A DNA stretch of 64,000 nt from the human T2T-CHM13v2.0 reference genome, Homo sapiens, in the NCBI RefSeq assembly GCF_009914755.1, contig NC_060925.1; one strand, written 5' to 3'. The translations under genes were made by a program, and so were the position numbers. The notes below the pieces were generated by a model that worked only from the letters and a program-made list of their open reading frames with translations, did no database searches and was not told where the DNA came from. Below are positions 13,651-25,310 of this stretch, in pieces. The stretch's first letter is position 1; every line of letters starts with the position of its first letter.

Positions 13651-15970
13651 TGTCCCCTGGGTAGAGCATCAGATTTAAAAGCCAAGGCAAGACAAAAAAT
13701 GAGAGAATGGTAGCAAAGATCCAACACTTTACAAGACCGCCTGAGAAAAGGGAGGAGGGGGTGGTTCGACACCAGGGCCTGCACACTGAGTGTGTGATGT
13801 TGCAGCTCTGCAGGCACAGATTAAGCAGCTAAGATGCCATCAATGCTTGGAAAGCAGCCGGTGCCTCTTGTCCTGAGCTTATTTGTCTGGAATATGATTC
13901 CCTTGAACCTGACTAGCTCATCCACGGGGAGAGAGAAAAAAAAATATTCTGATAGTTATCCTGACCAGGCTCTAACAGGGCCTCCTTCCCTAGGATATAA
14001 TTTTTTCTGGCCTCTTTCCATTCACTTCTTCACATTAGGACCCTTTTCCCCCAGAGTGTGAGATTCCCTGAGGGCTCTAAAAACTGGAATGCTATACAGC
14101 ATTTTAAGCCCCCTGTGTTGGCACAGTCCTTATTAAAAATGTATTTTCCTCAAGCCATGGCTGCACCCCCTGAAGTGTGGATTAACAGAAAGGCCTTCAG
14201 AGCTGGAAGACATTTTTGAAGAACCGCTGTACCAAGTGGCATTAAATATTTATTGCCTACTACATGTAAATTGTTCATCATCTTGTTTTAACTCTTGGAC
14301 CAAAAGGTTTCTCATCTGCTTTCTGCTAAAGTGGAAATCACAGGAAAGGTACTCTTTACTTTGCTGTGGTATTTTGTTTTCCCAGGAATACGGAATATTT
14401 CTTTGTTCTCATAAGTAATACTAGAAAAGATTGCCTTGACTCTCAGCATTTCATTGGGAGGCCATGTGGTGTCATGATGGAGAAAAACTCGAATTCTGGG
14501 GCAAGTGCATTGGGCTTTGCCACCTGCAAGCTGTGTTGGCTTGAGAACCTGATACCATTTATGTTTGTTGTGCTGGAAAAATGGGACATTGCATAAATAG
14601 CAGATAGCACAATTCCTGGCACCCAGTAAGTTCTCTCTTTCTCCTAGGTCTTCTATTTGGGACTTTGCAAATACATTTCTAAGCAACCTAGAATAAAATA
14701 TGCTATTAATATGCTGTTAATAATAACCAAAAGCACTCAGCTTAATCTTTACTTATTAAATAAAACTGAAATGTTGCTCAGACACCTTTTGCTGTTTTTG
14801 GAATGCCTTTGTAGACACTTTTGATCTTGCTTAAAAAACATAACAGCATTTCAAAGGCTTATCTTAGCTATTCTTATTCATACCTGAAAACCTACAGAGT
14901 TTGGATAATTTTGGCACACATATGTGTGCACGCATGTATATGTATAAATATTCTGTCTCTCTAAATATATATGTATATGCAGGCACATGTATAACTCTTT
15001 AAGAAATGTTTTTCTAATGTTTAATTTTCTTAAAGTCTGTACTTCACATCATTTTTTTCCCCAGAACTGTTTATCCTCACTCCAGACATGACCCTTGGAA
15101 AGGTGGCAGAAAAAACAAACGGCTGGTGTGTTTTGGGGCAGTCTGCATTCCTTTTAACTCTCTGAGACCAGGCTTATGCATGGGCTTTCAAGCTATTTGT
15201 CCAGAGGCCCAACCACTTTGATTTCTGCTTGAAAATTAGCCTGTTGTTCAAGCTCAGGAGAGCTTCCACAGAGCTTTCTTGGGTTCGCGAACTAGAGATC
15301 TATGAAGTGTTTGCTTTTATTTGTAACTTTAACCACGGCAGCCTTAACTGGACTTTTGTTTTCTTATTTAACTTTTATCCATGTAACCTTAACCTAAGTT
15401 CTTTTTCAAATCTCCATCCTCCCCCATCTCACAATTTCTAATCCCTCTTTTGTCCTTAGATTTTTCCTTCAAAGTCAGGATATGACATTTATATCTATGC
15501 TTTAGGAAGTATCTGAAAGCTAACATACACATAGAATTATGATTTTTTTCTTGGGTTGCTTAGGAGGATTAAACAAAGGTTTTAGAAGGCAGAATTCAGA
15601 AAAAAATTGATAGAAGTTGTGCTGCAGCTTGGAGGGGAGTGTGGATTTTAGAAAGCATAAGGACACTTTCATTTGTCCCTTTCATATGGACTTTTATTTC
15701 CTCTGCGAGAGGCCCAGGGGCCTGGCCTGTGGATGGTTTAGACAGGAAAAGACTGAAGGGATAACTGCTTCCAGACCTTCAGCCTTGAATGTTCAGCCAT
15801 TATTCAAGCCGTTGAGAAAGGGAGCAAGAGGCATAAGGAGGCTTCGGGAGTTTCCATGCAGCTTCTCTGAGTTCCAGCTTGTGTGCATTGTTCTCCAAAT
15901 GTGTCCCCAGCACTACTGAAAGGACTTTCATACCTCAACTAACCCTTATTGCAAGCCTGTGAAGGAAGAG

Positions 15971-15975
<5 letters not shown>

Positions 15976-16001
<26 letters not shown>
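15976..16001. repeat. (TA)13 microsatellite
   Basis: Perfect TA dinucleotide run. Confidence 0.95.
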
Positions 16002-16189
16002 AACAGACAAGGCAACTAAAGCTCTGGGAGGTTACAGAAACTTAAGGCCTAAGTAGGGTTACATTGAGACCAGATTAATCAGTTAGTAGATTGTCTTTCT
16101 ATTTCATCATGTGCTTCATTTCCTCCTTGGTTTACATGACCCTTCTTTGGAAATTTCCTTCTGGTAATATCTTAGTTAAATGAAATAAC

Positions 16190-16420
16190 TAAGTTTTATG
16201 GAGTATCCATTATGTGTTAGGCATTGTTTTATGCAATATGCATCTATGTAGTGCACATTCTGATAGGAACCATGTGAAGAAGGTGTATTACCTCCATTTT
16301 AGACAGGAAATCCCTGCAATACAGAGGGTTAGGTAATTTGCTCAAGATCACACAGGACACAGTAGGTGACACCAGGATTTGAGCCCAGGTCTGATTCCAG
16401 AACTTATGCCATGCCCACTA
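16190..16420 (-). mobile_element. MIR SINE
   Basis: 'ctccattttagacaggaaa...gagggttaggtaatttgctcaagatcacacag...ggatttgagcccaggtctgattccaga'. Confidence 0.8.
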
Positions 16421-16629
16421 CACCAGCCGTCCTTATTAAGAGGAAGGCCATTGGTATGAGGCCACTTGAAATAGACATGGTAGATATGTGGCAATCAATG
16501 CAAAGGTATTGTCTTTCATGCTCTGTTGCAATCTCATTTCATTTCTAGCATTATAGGTATTTAAAGCAGAGGTAGGCTTGCTTTCTTAGTTTCAGTTTTC
16601 TGAGAAACAAAGATAGTAACAACAATGAT

Positions 16630-16865
16630 GATGGATCTTGTTACCATATGTGAATATCTGTGTGTACTAGGCACGGTACTTGGTCTTTACACATGTTCTT
16701 CTAGGTTAACCTTATGACAACTCTGTGAAGTTTTCTCAAATTTATATCTGAGAAAGCACTCAGAAAGGTTGAGTCACTTGCTTGCCCACATCACACTACT
16801 AGTAAGTGGAGGAGTGAGGATTTGAACCTAAGACCTCTTACAATAAAATTATGTTCTTTCCACTC
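16630..16865 (-). mobile_element. MIR SINE
   Basis: 'gacaactctgtgaag...gcactcagaaaggttgagtcacttgc...cacactactagtaagtggaggagtgaggatttgaaccta'. Confidence 0.75.
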
Positions 16866-17149
16866 AGTATATGGGACATGTATCCCTGGGGGCACATGTG
16901 AGAACTATAATTGGTCTGTAAGATTATTGATGATGGTATAGGGATAGGGTGTTAAAGAACATTGATGCCCATAGTGAAAAAGTAATTCCCTTTCACTTGT
17001 CCTACCAACCATCTGGTTACATGAAAGAGGAAGTCTCAGTTAGGTGCCAGTATGCCTTTTACAATTCTAACAGAGAACAGGGCTCAGACTCTGAGGCTCG
17101 GGCAGGTAATTGAATCTAGAAGACCATGGTGACGTTCTTTTTGTTTTTA

Positions 17150-18270
17150 TTGTATTTTAATATCTTCTCATTAAAAAATATTATAATGTGTTCATATATA
17201 CAAAATAAATGTAATGTATATATAAGGTTAAAAGAATAATATAATGAGTATCCATGTACCTATCACCTATTGAAGCATTAGATTAATTTTAGTTACTATG
17301 GGAACCTTCTGTGTCACTCTTCCCATCCCAACTTCTTTCTTTCTCTCCTACCAACATCTTACATAATCACTGTATAACTATCAAAATCAGCCAGTTAACA
17401 TTCACATAATACTATTACTCAGTCTACAGACTTTTTGCTAGTTTTGCCAGTTGTCATACTGTTTCATTTCCTGGACCAGAATCTAGGATCACACAATACA
17501 TTTACTAGTCATATCTCCTTTGTCTTTGGAATAGTTCCTCACTCTTTTTGTCTTTCATGACCATGACGTTTTTGGAGTCTGGTTAGGCATTTTGTAGAAT
17601 GTCCCTCACTTTGGGTTGGTCTGATGTTTCCACAATATTAAATTCAAATTATGTGTTTTTGGCAGGGAAGCTACAGAAATGATGTTGTGCCTTTCACAGT
17701 GCATCACAGCAGGAGGCACATGATGCCGATTTATCGTATCACAGGTGATGTGAACTTTGGCCAATTTGTTAAGGTTGTGTCTTCCAGTTTATCCACTGTA
17801 AAGTTACTATTTTTCCATTTGTAATTAATGATTACCTTGTAGGGAGATACTTTGAGATTATGTATAATATCATGCTTCTTATACCTTTGTCCACTAATTT
17901 TAGCAACTATTGTAAATTCTTGCCTGAAACAATTATTCCTGTGGTTTTTCCATATGGTGTTTTTCTATGATTATAATTCTTTCTATATTTATTAACTGGA
18001 ATGCTTTGTAGGTGGCTTTATCCTCGCCACACACTTATTTATTCATTCAGTTGTTTATTTGTATCAGTATGTACTTACAAATTCTTATTTTATTGTCTGG
18101 ATTATAATCCATTAGTATCATTATTTTGTTTTGCAAATAGTCCTTTTAACCAATGGGGATCCCTTCAAATTAGCTTTTCTATCTTTCTGACATGTCTCCA
18201 TCTTTTTTAAGGCATTTTTGCTTTCTGGTGCCAGAAGATACCACTTTGTGCTTTACTTGCTCCAACCCTG
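17150..18270 (-). mobile_element. L1MC4/5-like (possibly plus L1ME) 3' region, antisense
   Basis: 'ttttgtagaatgtccctcactttgggttggtctgatgtttcc', 'ccactgtaaagttactatttttccatttgtaattaat...gggagatactttgagatta' are L1MC 3' end hallmarks. Confidence 0.8.
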
Positions 18271-18999
18271 AGAGAAGCCTCCTCTTGCTGTTCTGCATCC
18301 ATTCCTCTCAGTCACTCCTTCATGCACTATAATATGATTTCCACTCTCCCCAGTGCACTGACACTTCCGTCACTTAGGTCATTGCTAAAGCAGTAGATAT
18401 TTTAATTCTTCTATTACTGCATATCAGACATCTCTTGGCCCCATATCAGATCTTCTCAGGAGGACAGTAAAGGGAAATTGTACCATCTCTTGTTCCAGCT
18501 GCCGTGACCAAGTTTGCATAGACTCTGAAAAACTTCCTACAGTATAAGCTGACAGTACCTCACCTCATGCTGCATGCTTTTCCATAGGGCACCCCACGAG
18601 GTTCCATGGGGTTTCCTTGTGGTTGCTACCTCTGGATCTCACTCTGTTCCCACACATGTACAACCTGGATAGAGAATTAATGCCTCCTTTCTCTCTATCG
18701 TGGATGGTTCTGAGATACAGTTCATGTGGCTTGGGGTGTGGAGAGGTTGAGGATGATCCTATGGGATAGAGAACGAGTCACTTCTAGTGGGGCCATCTTG
18801 ATACCACAACTTCATCTTGCCTCCCCCTCCTTATTATTTGTTTTATTCCCTTTGTCTATCAGTCCTCTCCTTCTCCCTAAGATTGCACTACCTGATGCAG
18901 TAGAACCCTCTTCCTTGGGTCTGCTGTCTCGGGGACCCAGGAAAAGATGTGCAGTGTTTAAACTCCTTCTCTATAATCTCTTAACTTTCACACTATCAC

Positions 19000-19800
19000 A
19001 TTTTCATTCATTTATTCCAATTCATTCATTCATTTACACCTTATTTATTGAGACTTTCCCTGTGTGAGACATTGTGTACAGGTAGACAAAAATCTTGATC
19101 TTATAGAAGTTATTGTATTTGGGGGAGCAGAAATAACTAAATAAAACCAATTCAGCTGAATTATAAGTGCTTTTAAGAAAATGCAACAGGGAGAGGGCAG
19201 AGAGTGGGCCACGTGGGGCCTGGCATTGGGATGGTTACCACATACACTCTGAGGAAATGACATTTGAACTGATAAGGGGTCAGCAAGAAGAAATGGGCTG
19301 AGAGAAGACTGATCTATTCACAGGAAAGAGGAAGTGCAAGAGCCCTCATTTTCTGTTTTGCACTAGAACTGCTTTCCTATGATTCTTCAGATTGTGCCAC
19401 CTTTCTTCCAACTCCCATGCATTTGCACAGATTGTTTCTTTGACCTGGAATGCCCTCTCTGACTTACCAAGCTGGCAGATTTCTATCCTTAGCTCAGATC
19501 TCATCTAAAGCAGCTCTCCACCCCCAGGGACATTTTAAGTCCTTTTTCTGTTGTTGGTGTGCTGTGCTTTGAGCACAGTATTCATTTATAATAGTGATGT
19601 CAGTGTACGCCTTAGAATTGTTCACCTGCATCTCTCCTTCTTGGACTAGGAGCACTCTGAGGGCAGGACTATGTTTGTTTACTTTGTATTCCCAACAAAG
19701 TGCTTATAGGGATTTAAATCTATTTATTGATGAGTTGGATGGATGAATGGATGAGTACATGGGAGAAAGAGGAAAAATGATATATGAATTGAAATAAATA
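19000..19800. mobile_element. Two L2 fragments (antisense then sense)
   Basis: L2 tail-like (CATT)n at ~19.0 kb and (GAAT/GGAT)n at ~19.75 kb; 'gactaggagcactctgagggcaggactatg'. Confidence 0.6.
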
Positions 19801-20063
19801 AATGAAAGAGCCAGTGAATAAATGACAGTGACCTGACCTTAAGGCGTTGTCTTGTTTGTGGGTGAGACAGGAGTATAACCATTCAGAGTACTGTGATGAA
19901 TGCTTAGAGATTCTCAGTGCATGAATAACAGTGGCAGTCAGCAAGTTCTGCTCATAGATGCATATTGTTTCAGCTATTTCATGCTTATTTATTTAGTTTT
20001 TAAGAAATTCATTTAGGTACCAAACATAAAAAAAAACCCAGACTTGCAGCTTTCCAGATTTGG

Positions 20064-20353
20064 GGCCAGACACATGACTGTAATCCCAGCACTTTGAGGG
20101 GCCGAGGTGTGCGGATTGCTTGAGGCTAGGAGTTTGAGAGCAGCCTGGGCAACATGGCAAAACCCCGTCTCTACAAAAAATACAATAATTAGCTGGGCGT
20201 GGTGGCACATGCCTGTAGTCCCATCTCCTTGGGAGGCTGAGGCATGAGAATTGCTTGAACCTGGGATGTGGAAGTTGTAGCAAGCCGAGATTGCACCACT
20301 GTGCTCCAGCCTGGGCAATAGAGTGAGATTTCATCTCAAAAAAACCCAAAAAA
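20064..20353 (+). mobile_element. Alu SINE (AluJb/old AluS), small 5' internal deletion
   Basis: Dimeric Alu with A-tail; perfect TSD 'cagatttgg' at 20055-20063 and 20354-20362. Confidence 0.95.
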
Positions 20354-23284
20354 CAGATTTGGCAGTGCTGGACCCTTCTACATGGAGCTGGGGACAAAAA
20401 TCTGCTGGAAAGTAGGAAATTATTAGAATAACTAACTGTATTAAAATATGTTGAATTCTTCTTGTCATGACTGTTTTGACATTTGTTTGTACTAGTTAAG
20501 GGAAAATGAAACTTCAGGTTGACAGCCTTTACCTTCCTTGTGCCATAATTAATTTGCTCTATTCTGTTTGTTCAGGAAATTCAGCTTTTGAAGGCCCAGA
20601 AAGAGGACTAAGGGTGCAGGTGGCAAGGAAAGGTTGATTTGTGGTGACCTGGCATACTGTATTCCATCTTTAAGTCCTCACCACAAGTAGGCCTTTATCC
20701 AGGTTCTTGTTACCTGGAAATGTGTGTTCATTTGGGGTATCTAGATGAGGCAGGACTTCAAGGAAGGGGATGGATAATGCACTTAATCTTCATCTTCACA
20801 TAAGGATAGCTGCTCTTTATCTTCTCCCTCTGGAAGCTGCCATTGTGAGGCAGCATTAAGGTGGGAGAGGACCCTCTGGAGTTCATCCAGAACCCTCTGG
20901 GGGCACCTGTGTCCCTTCTGTTTGTCAGTGTATCAGCCATGGATCCTGCGTGAAACAGGTGGCACATTTAAATGGGGTAATCCGAGAAGAGTGGACAAGT
21001 GTAGGGAAACCACATGGATAGTGCAAGATGCTTGGCTATCTAAAGTGGGGCTGGTACTCTCTCTGGGCCTAAGGAACAAGGAGAGGGGCTACGAGCAGGC
21101 CCTGGGGAGATTGTTTTGTGGAGGTACTTACCTTTGTGACCTTTGGTGGAGAGCTGCAGCCATCCTACACTTTCTCCTAGTCCACTGATATCCCTCTGTG
21201 TCCTCCATTAGCTGAACCTGGCTGGAGGCCAGAGGCAGAAGAGCCCTCTGGTGTGCTCCACACCCATCAGCATCCTGGCTTACAAGGCAGGGTGGAGAAA
21301 GTTAGAGATTGAATTTGAAGAGCACATGGAAGATGTCTGGGACATCTGGGCATTCTTTCTGTGTGGTTGGTTCTTGTGGTCAGATATTTGTGGAGGAGTG
21401 AGGTGGTGGTGGTAGTGGCTGTGCTTTAGAGTCAGTGAGTCTGGGACAGGATCACATCTGCCCCACTCGCTAACGGAGTTACCCTCAGCTCAAGGTCAGC
21501 AGGCACCGATTTCTTTGCCGTCTGGTGGGGCCAAGGGCAAATGCCTATCTCAAAAAGCTTTGGGAAGATCAAAAATGAAAATACTTAAGTGTTTTTTTGC
21601 AGATTTGGAAAAGGCTGAAAGAAGTTTTATTAAAATGTGAGCAATATACCTCAATAAAGTTGTTTTCCTATATAAGACAAATAAAACTGTGTTGTGATTT
21701 CACAACAAGTGTTGATTTTTTTCTTCATTATATTTTTCTGTATTCCAGATTTTCTGTCATCAGAAAACCAGACATCCATAAGTGCTATTTAGAAATATGT
21801 TAGTACTGCCTTCAAATTATTACTGTTGGCTAATATTGCCTTCTCTGGGTTACTGAGGTATGTGAATTCACAGCTGCAGCATAGCTGACTTGACTATGGA
21901 CAGACTAGAGTGAACGTGTATGTCATTTCTTACGATGTGCCCATGGATTCAGGTCTAGTGCCCCATCCCCAGGAAGCCTTTGGCCCTTCAGATGCTTCTC
22001 CTCTGAGCTCCTGCAGCTCCTGGGCTGCCCCTAGCAGTTATCACACTGTTTTGCGGTTTTCTCCACCACTAGACTGTGGTCTCCTCTAGGTCCAGGACTG
22101 AATTTTATTCATCTCCAGGTCAGTGTCTAGCATTGTCTTGTAAATGCTGTCTTTATTCATGTTGCCCAGCTTCTACCACACGGCTACTGGAAGTTCTCAA
22201 GCTCATAACACCGTAGCTTCTACAACAGAGAGCAACTGACTGTGCTTTCTCCTTTCTGTTTTCAAAGCCCTGGGAAAGAATTCTGATTAGTTTCATTTGG
22301 GTCAAGTGTACCTACATCCCTTATTGAACCAACTATACCCATGGAGAGGTATATTACAGTGATCTCAGCTTTGGTCAAGTGCTCATTCCCAGAGGAATCT
22401 GTTGTGTGGCCAATAGGGTAGGATCTGTACAACTATGACAGGTCTTATTTAAATCAATTAGTTACAGTGGAGAAGAGAATGAATCAGTTAGGAATGCTTT
22501 CAGCTGCAGTGACAATGCAAAAAAGCTTTTATTTAAATCAGTTAGTTGCAGTGGGGAAGAAGCATGTATCAGGAATGCATTTGCAAGGGAGCAAAAATTG
22601 GTTCTTGGGGGATGAAAAAGATCTTAGATATTACAATCATTTGTGGCCTTCTAAAGCCCATCCTTATGTAACAGCATAAGTAGATACACAATCTGTCTGT
22701 GGTATTGAAATTTCACAGTGGCAGGGAAAAGGAAAAGACTGTCTGGAAAGGGTCTTTAGTGGGGGCGATAGTGAAAAAAAAGTTTGAGAGTGATTTATGA
22801 TGACAATAATCATACCTAACTTATTTAGTAGTTATGCACCAGGAACTGTTATGAATGCCTTACATATACTATATTAAATCATTTCACCATATATCCATTT
22901 GACAGTGACCAAAACACAAATAGTCTTGATTTCCCACTCTCACACCCCTAAATTACAAGTACAAAGATGATTTGACCATGTCACCTTCAGCATATCTTTA
23001 ATTCTTTGGACTTTTCCCTCATGCTAGCTGCCTCATGGTTGTAGGATAGTTGCTGCATCTCTGGACGTTACATTCTCCTTTGATGCTGGAAGAATTGGTG
23101 AGAAGAGCATGATGAGATTTTTTGTTTTGTTTTTTAAATGAGAGGAGCAAAACCTTTCCCAGGAATCTTCTCTTCCTACTATACTTCTGCTTAGGTCTTA
23201 TTGGCTGGAATTAAGTCCCATGGCCACTCTTAGCAGCAAGAAGCAGGGAAAGTGGAAAACAAGATTATCATGGTTGGCTTAAAC

Positions 23285-24369
23285 CTGCACATTCCAATAT
23301 GATAGTTACTAGCTATATGGCTATTTAAATTTTTTTAGAGAGATATAATTCATATACCCTAAAATTCACCATTTTATGTATACAGTATAGTATTTCTAGT
23401 ATATTCACAGGATTATGCAACCATACCCCAGTATCCGATTCCAAAACATTTTCTTCGCCCTCAAAAGAAATCTCATATCCGTAGCAGTAAGTCCTCATAT
23501 CCCTCTACACCTAGCCATTGGCAACCACTAGCCTACTTTCTTTCTCTATGGATTTTCCTGGACATTTTGTTTGGCTTCTTTCACTTGGCATAATTTTTTC
23601 AGGGTTCATCTATGTTGTAGTATGTGCCAGTAATTTTTTTATCAGTTCCTGTTTTAATTGATAATACTCTGTTGCATGGATGTATCCTATTTTGTTTATC
23701 CATTCATCTGTTGATGGACATTTAGATTGTTTCACTTTTTAGTTACTGTGACTAATGCTGCTGTGAACACTGATTGATGTACAAGTTTTTATATCAACAT
23801 AGTTTTGATTTTTCTTTGAATTCTCTTGAGCCTATTAGAAGGAGTGGAATTGTTGGGTTTTATGGTAACACCATGTTTAACCCTTTGAGGAAATGTCAAA
23901 CTGTTTTCCAAAGTGGCTACACATTTTGTACATCCTGGTAGGAACATGTAAGGATTCCAATTTCTCCACATCCTTGTGAGCACTTGTTATTTTTTGTTTG
24001 TTTTTATTATAACCATCTTAGTGGGTGTGAAGTGGTATCTCATTGTGGTTTTGGTTTGCCTTTATGTAATGACTACTAATGTTGAGAATATTTAATGTGC
24101 CTATTTTCCATTTGTATATATTCTTTGCAGAAATGTCTGTTCAGATCATATGCCCATTATAAAATTGGATTGTCTTTTTATTGTTGAATTATAATAGGTA
24201 CTTAAATTTAAATTAATTAACTTTAAGTAAAATAGAAAACTTAGTTCCTCAGTCATACTGGCCACATTTCAAGTGCTCAGTTGCTGTGTGTGGATAGTGG
24301 CTATGTTATTGGACAGTTGCAGATAAAGATAATTTACATGATTGCAGAAACTTCTGTTGGACAGCACTG
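23285..24369. mobile_element. MER3 (hAT-Charlie), split by an L1MB insertion
   Basis: Left part 'ctgcacattccaatatgatag...gctatttaaattt'; right part 'agttcctcagtcatactggccacatttcaagtgctc...ttggacagcactg'; TSD gcttaaac/gcttagaa. Confidence 0.85.
23333..24196 (-). mobile_element. L1MB 3' fragment, antisense
   Basis: 'gagatataattcatataccctaaaattcacc...ccattcatctgttgatggacattt...gtgaagtggtatctcattgtggttttg'; TSD-like gctatttaaattt/ggtacttaaattt. Confidence 0.9.
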
Positions 24370-24595
24370 GCTTAGAACCACCATGATTGATCACTTATAG
24401 CTGGGCATATGACTTCTCTAAATAAAATTGAGGTTTTGTTAAGCTAAGGAAGGATTGGTACTCCAGAAAGAGTGAGGTGTCCTGGTCCCAGAAAAGGAGG
24501 TTATGCAGACTCAGTGTATAACTCCTAAAGATGCATCAGAGTTTACCAAGGGAAGAACTGGGGCAGGGGTTGAGTGGGAGGGCAAAATTCTAGAC

Positions 24596-25310
24596 CAGGG
24601 CTTGGCAGATGTCTTTTGCAAAGGGTCAGATAGTAAATATTTTGGCTTTGCTGACTATATGATATCTGTTTCAACTATTGAACTGTAACCAAAAAGTGTC
24701 TGAGACAGATTTCAATCGATTTAGAGAGGTTTATTTTGCCAAGGTTGAGGAAGCACCCGAGAAAATAAACACAAGTTACGTTAGGATCTGTGACTGGTGT
24801 TTTGTCCAAAGAGGATTGTGAGGACTTCAGGATTTAAAAGGGAAAGAGTGAGCAGGAAGGGAAGGAGGAAAGAAAAAAAAAAGTTTGAGGGGCATAGGCG
24901 ATGAGGCAAGTGGTTACATTCTTGTGAGGCTTTGATTAGTGCTCACCAAATCCACAGTTTACATGTGAAAAGAGGAGTGGGGGAAAGTCATTTATGCTCA
25001 GTAAATCTACATTTTACGTAAGATAAAGGAAGCATGTGAAGTTACAGCAACCCATTTGAGAACAAAAGGATGGCAGTTTTTTGATTTTTTCTTTTTTTGT
25101 GTGTGTGTGTGTGACTCAGTTCCCAAGCTTAACTTTTCTCTTTAACATAGTGAGTTTGGGGTCCAAAGATTTTATTTTCCTTTCACACAACTTTGTCCTT
25201 ATAGTGAAAAAGCAGCCTAAGACAGGCCATAAATGAATGGACATGGCTGTGTTCTAATGGAACTTTATTTACAAAAACTGGCAGCAGGCACATTTGGGCT
25301 ACAGGCCAGG
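24596..25310 (+). mobile_element. MER58A (hAT-Charlie), split by an ERV1 LTR
   Basis: 'cagggcttggca...aagggtcagatagtaaatattttggctttg' resumes after 25187 with 'aaagcagcc...gaatggacatggctgtgttctaat...actttatttacaaaaac'. Confidence 0.8.
24684..25187 (-). mobile_element. ERV1 solo LTR of the MER4 group (MER83-like)
   Basis: TG...CA termini; reverse strand starts 'tgtgaaaggaaaataaaatctttggaccccaaactcacta'; 4-bp TSD gaac/caac. Confidence 0.85.

Larger units (their letters stand above)
22960..24450 (-). mobile_element. MLT1J/K-like MaLR LTR, interrupted by MER3
   Basis: 'gcctcatggttgtaggatagttgctgcatctctggac', 'ttattggctggaattaagtcccatggccactcttagcagcaag'; resumes after 24370. Confidence 0.6.

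Noticed and set aside
19993-20397. 134-aa and 101-aa minus-strand ORFs with familiar-looking peptides
   Set aside because: Antisense Alu translations; the same applies to ORFs at 4634, 55568 and 63622.
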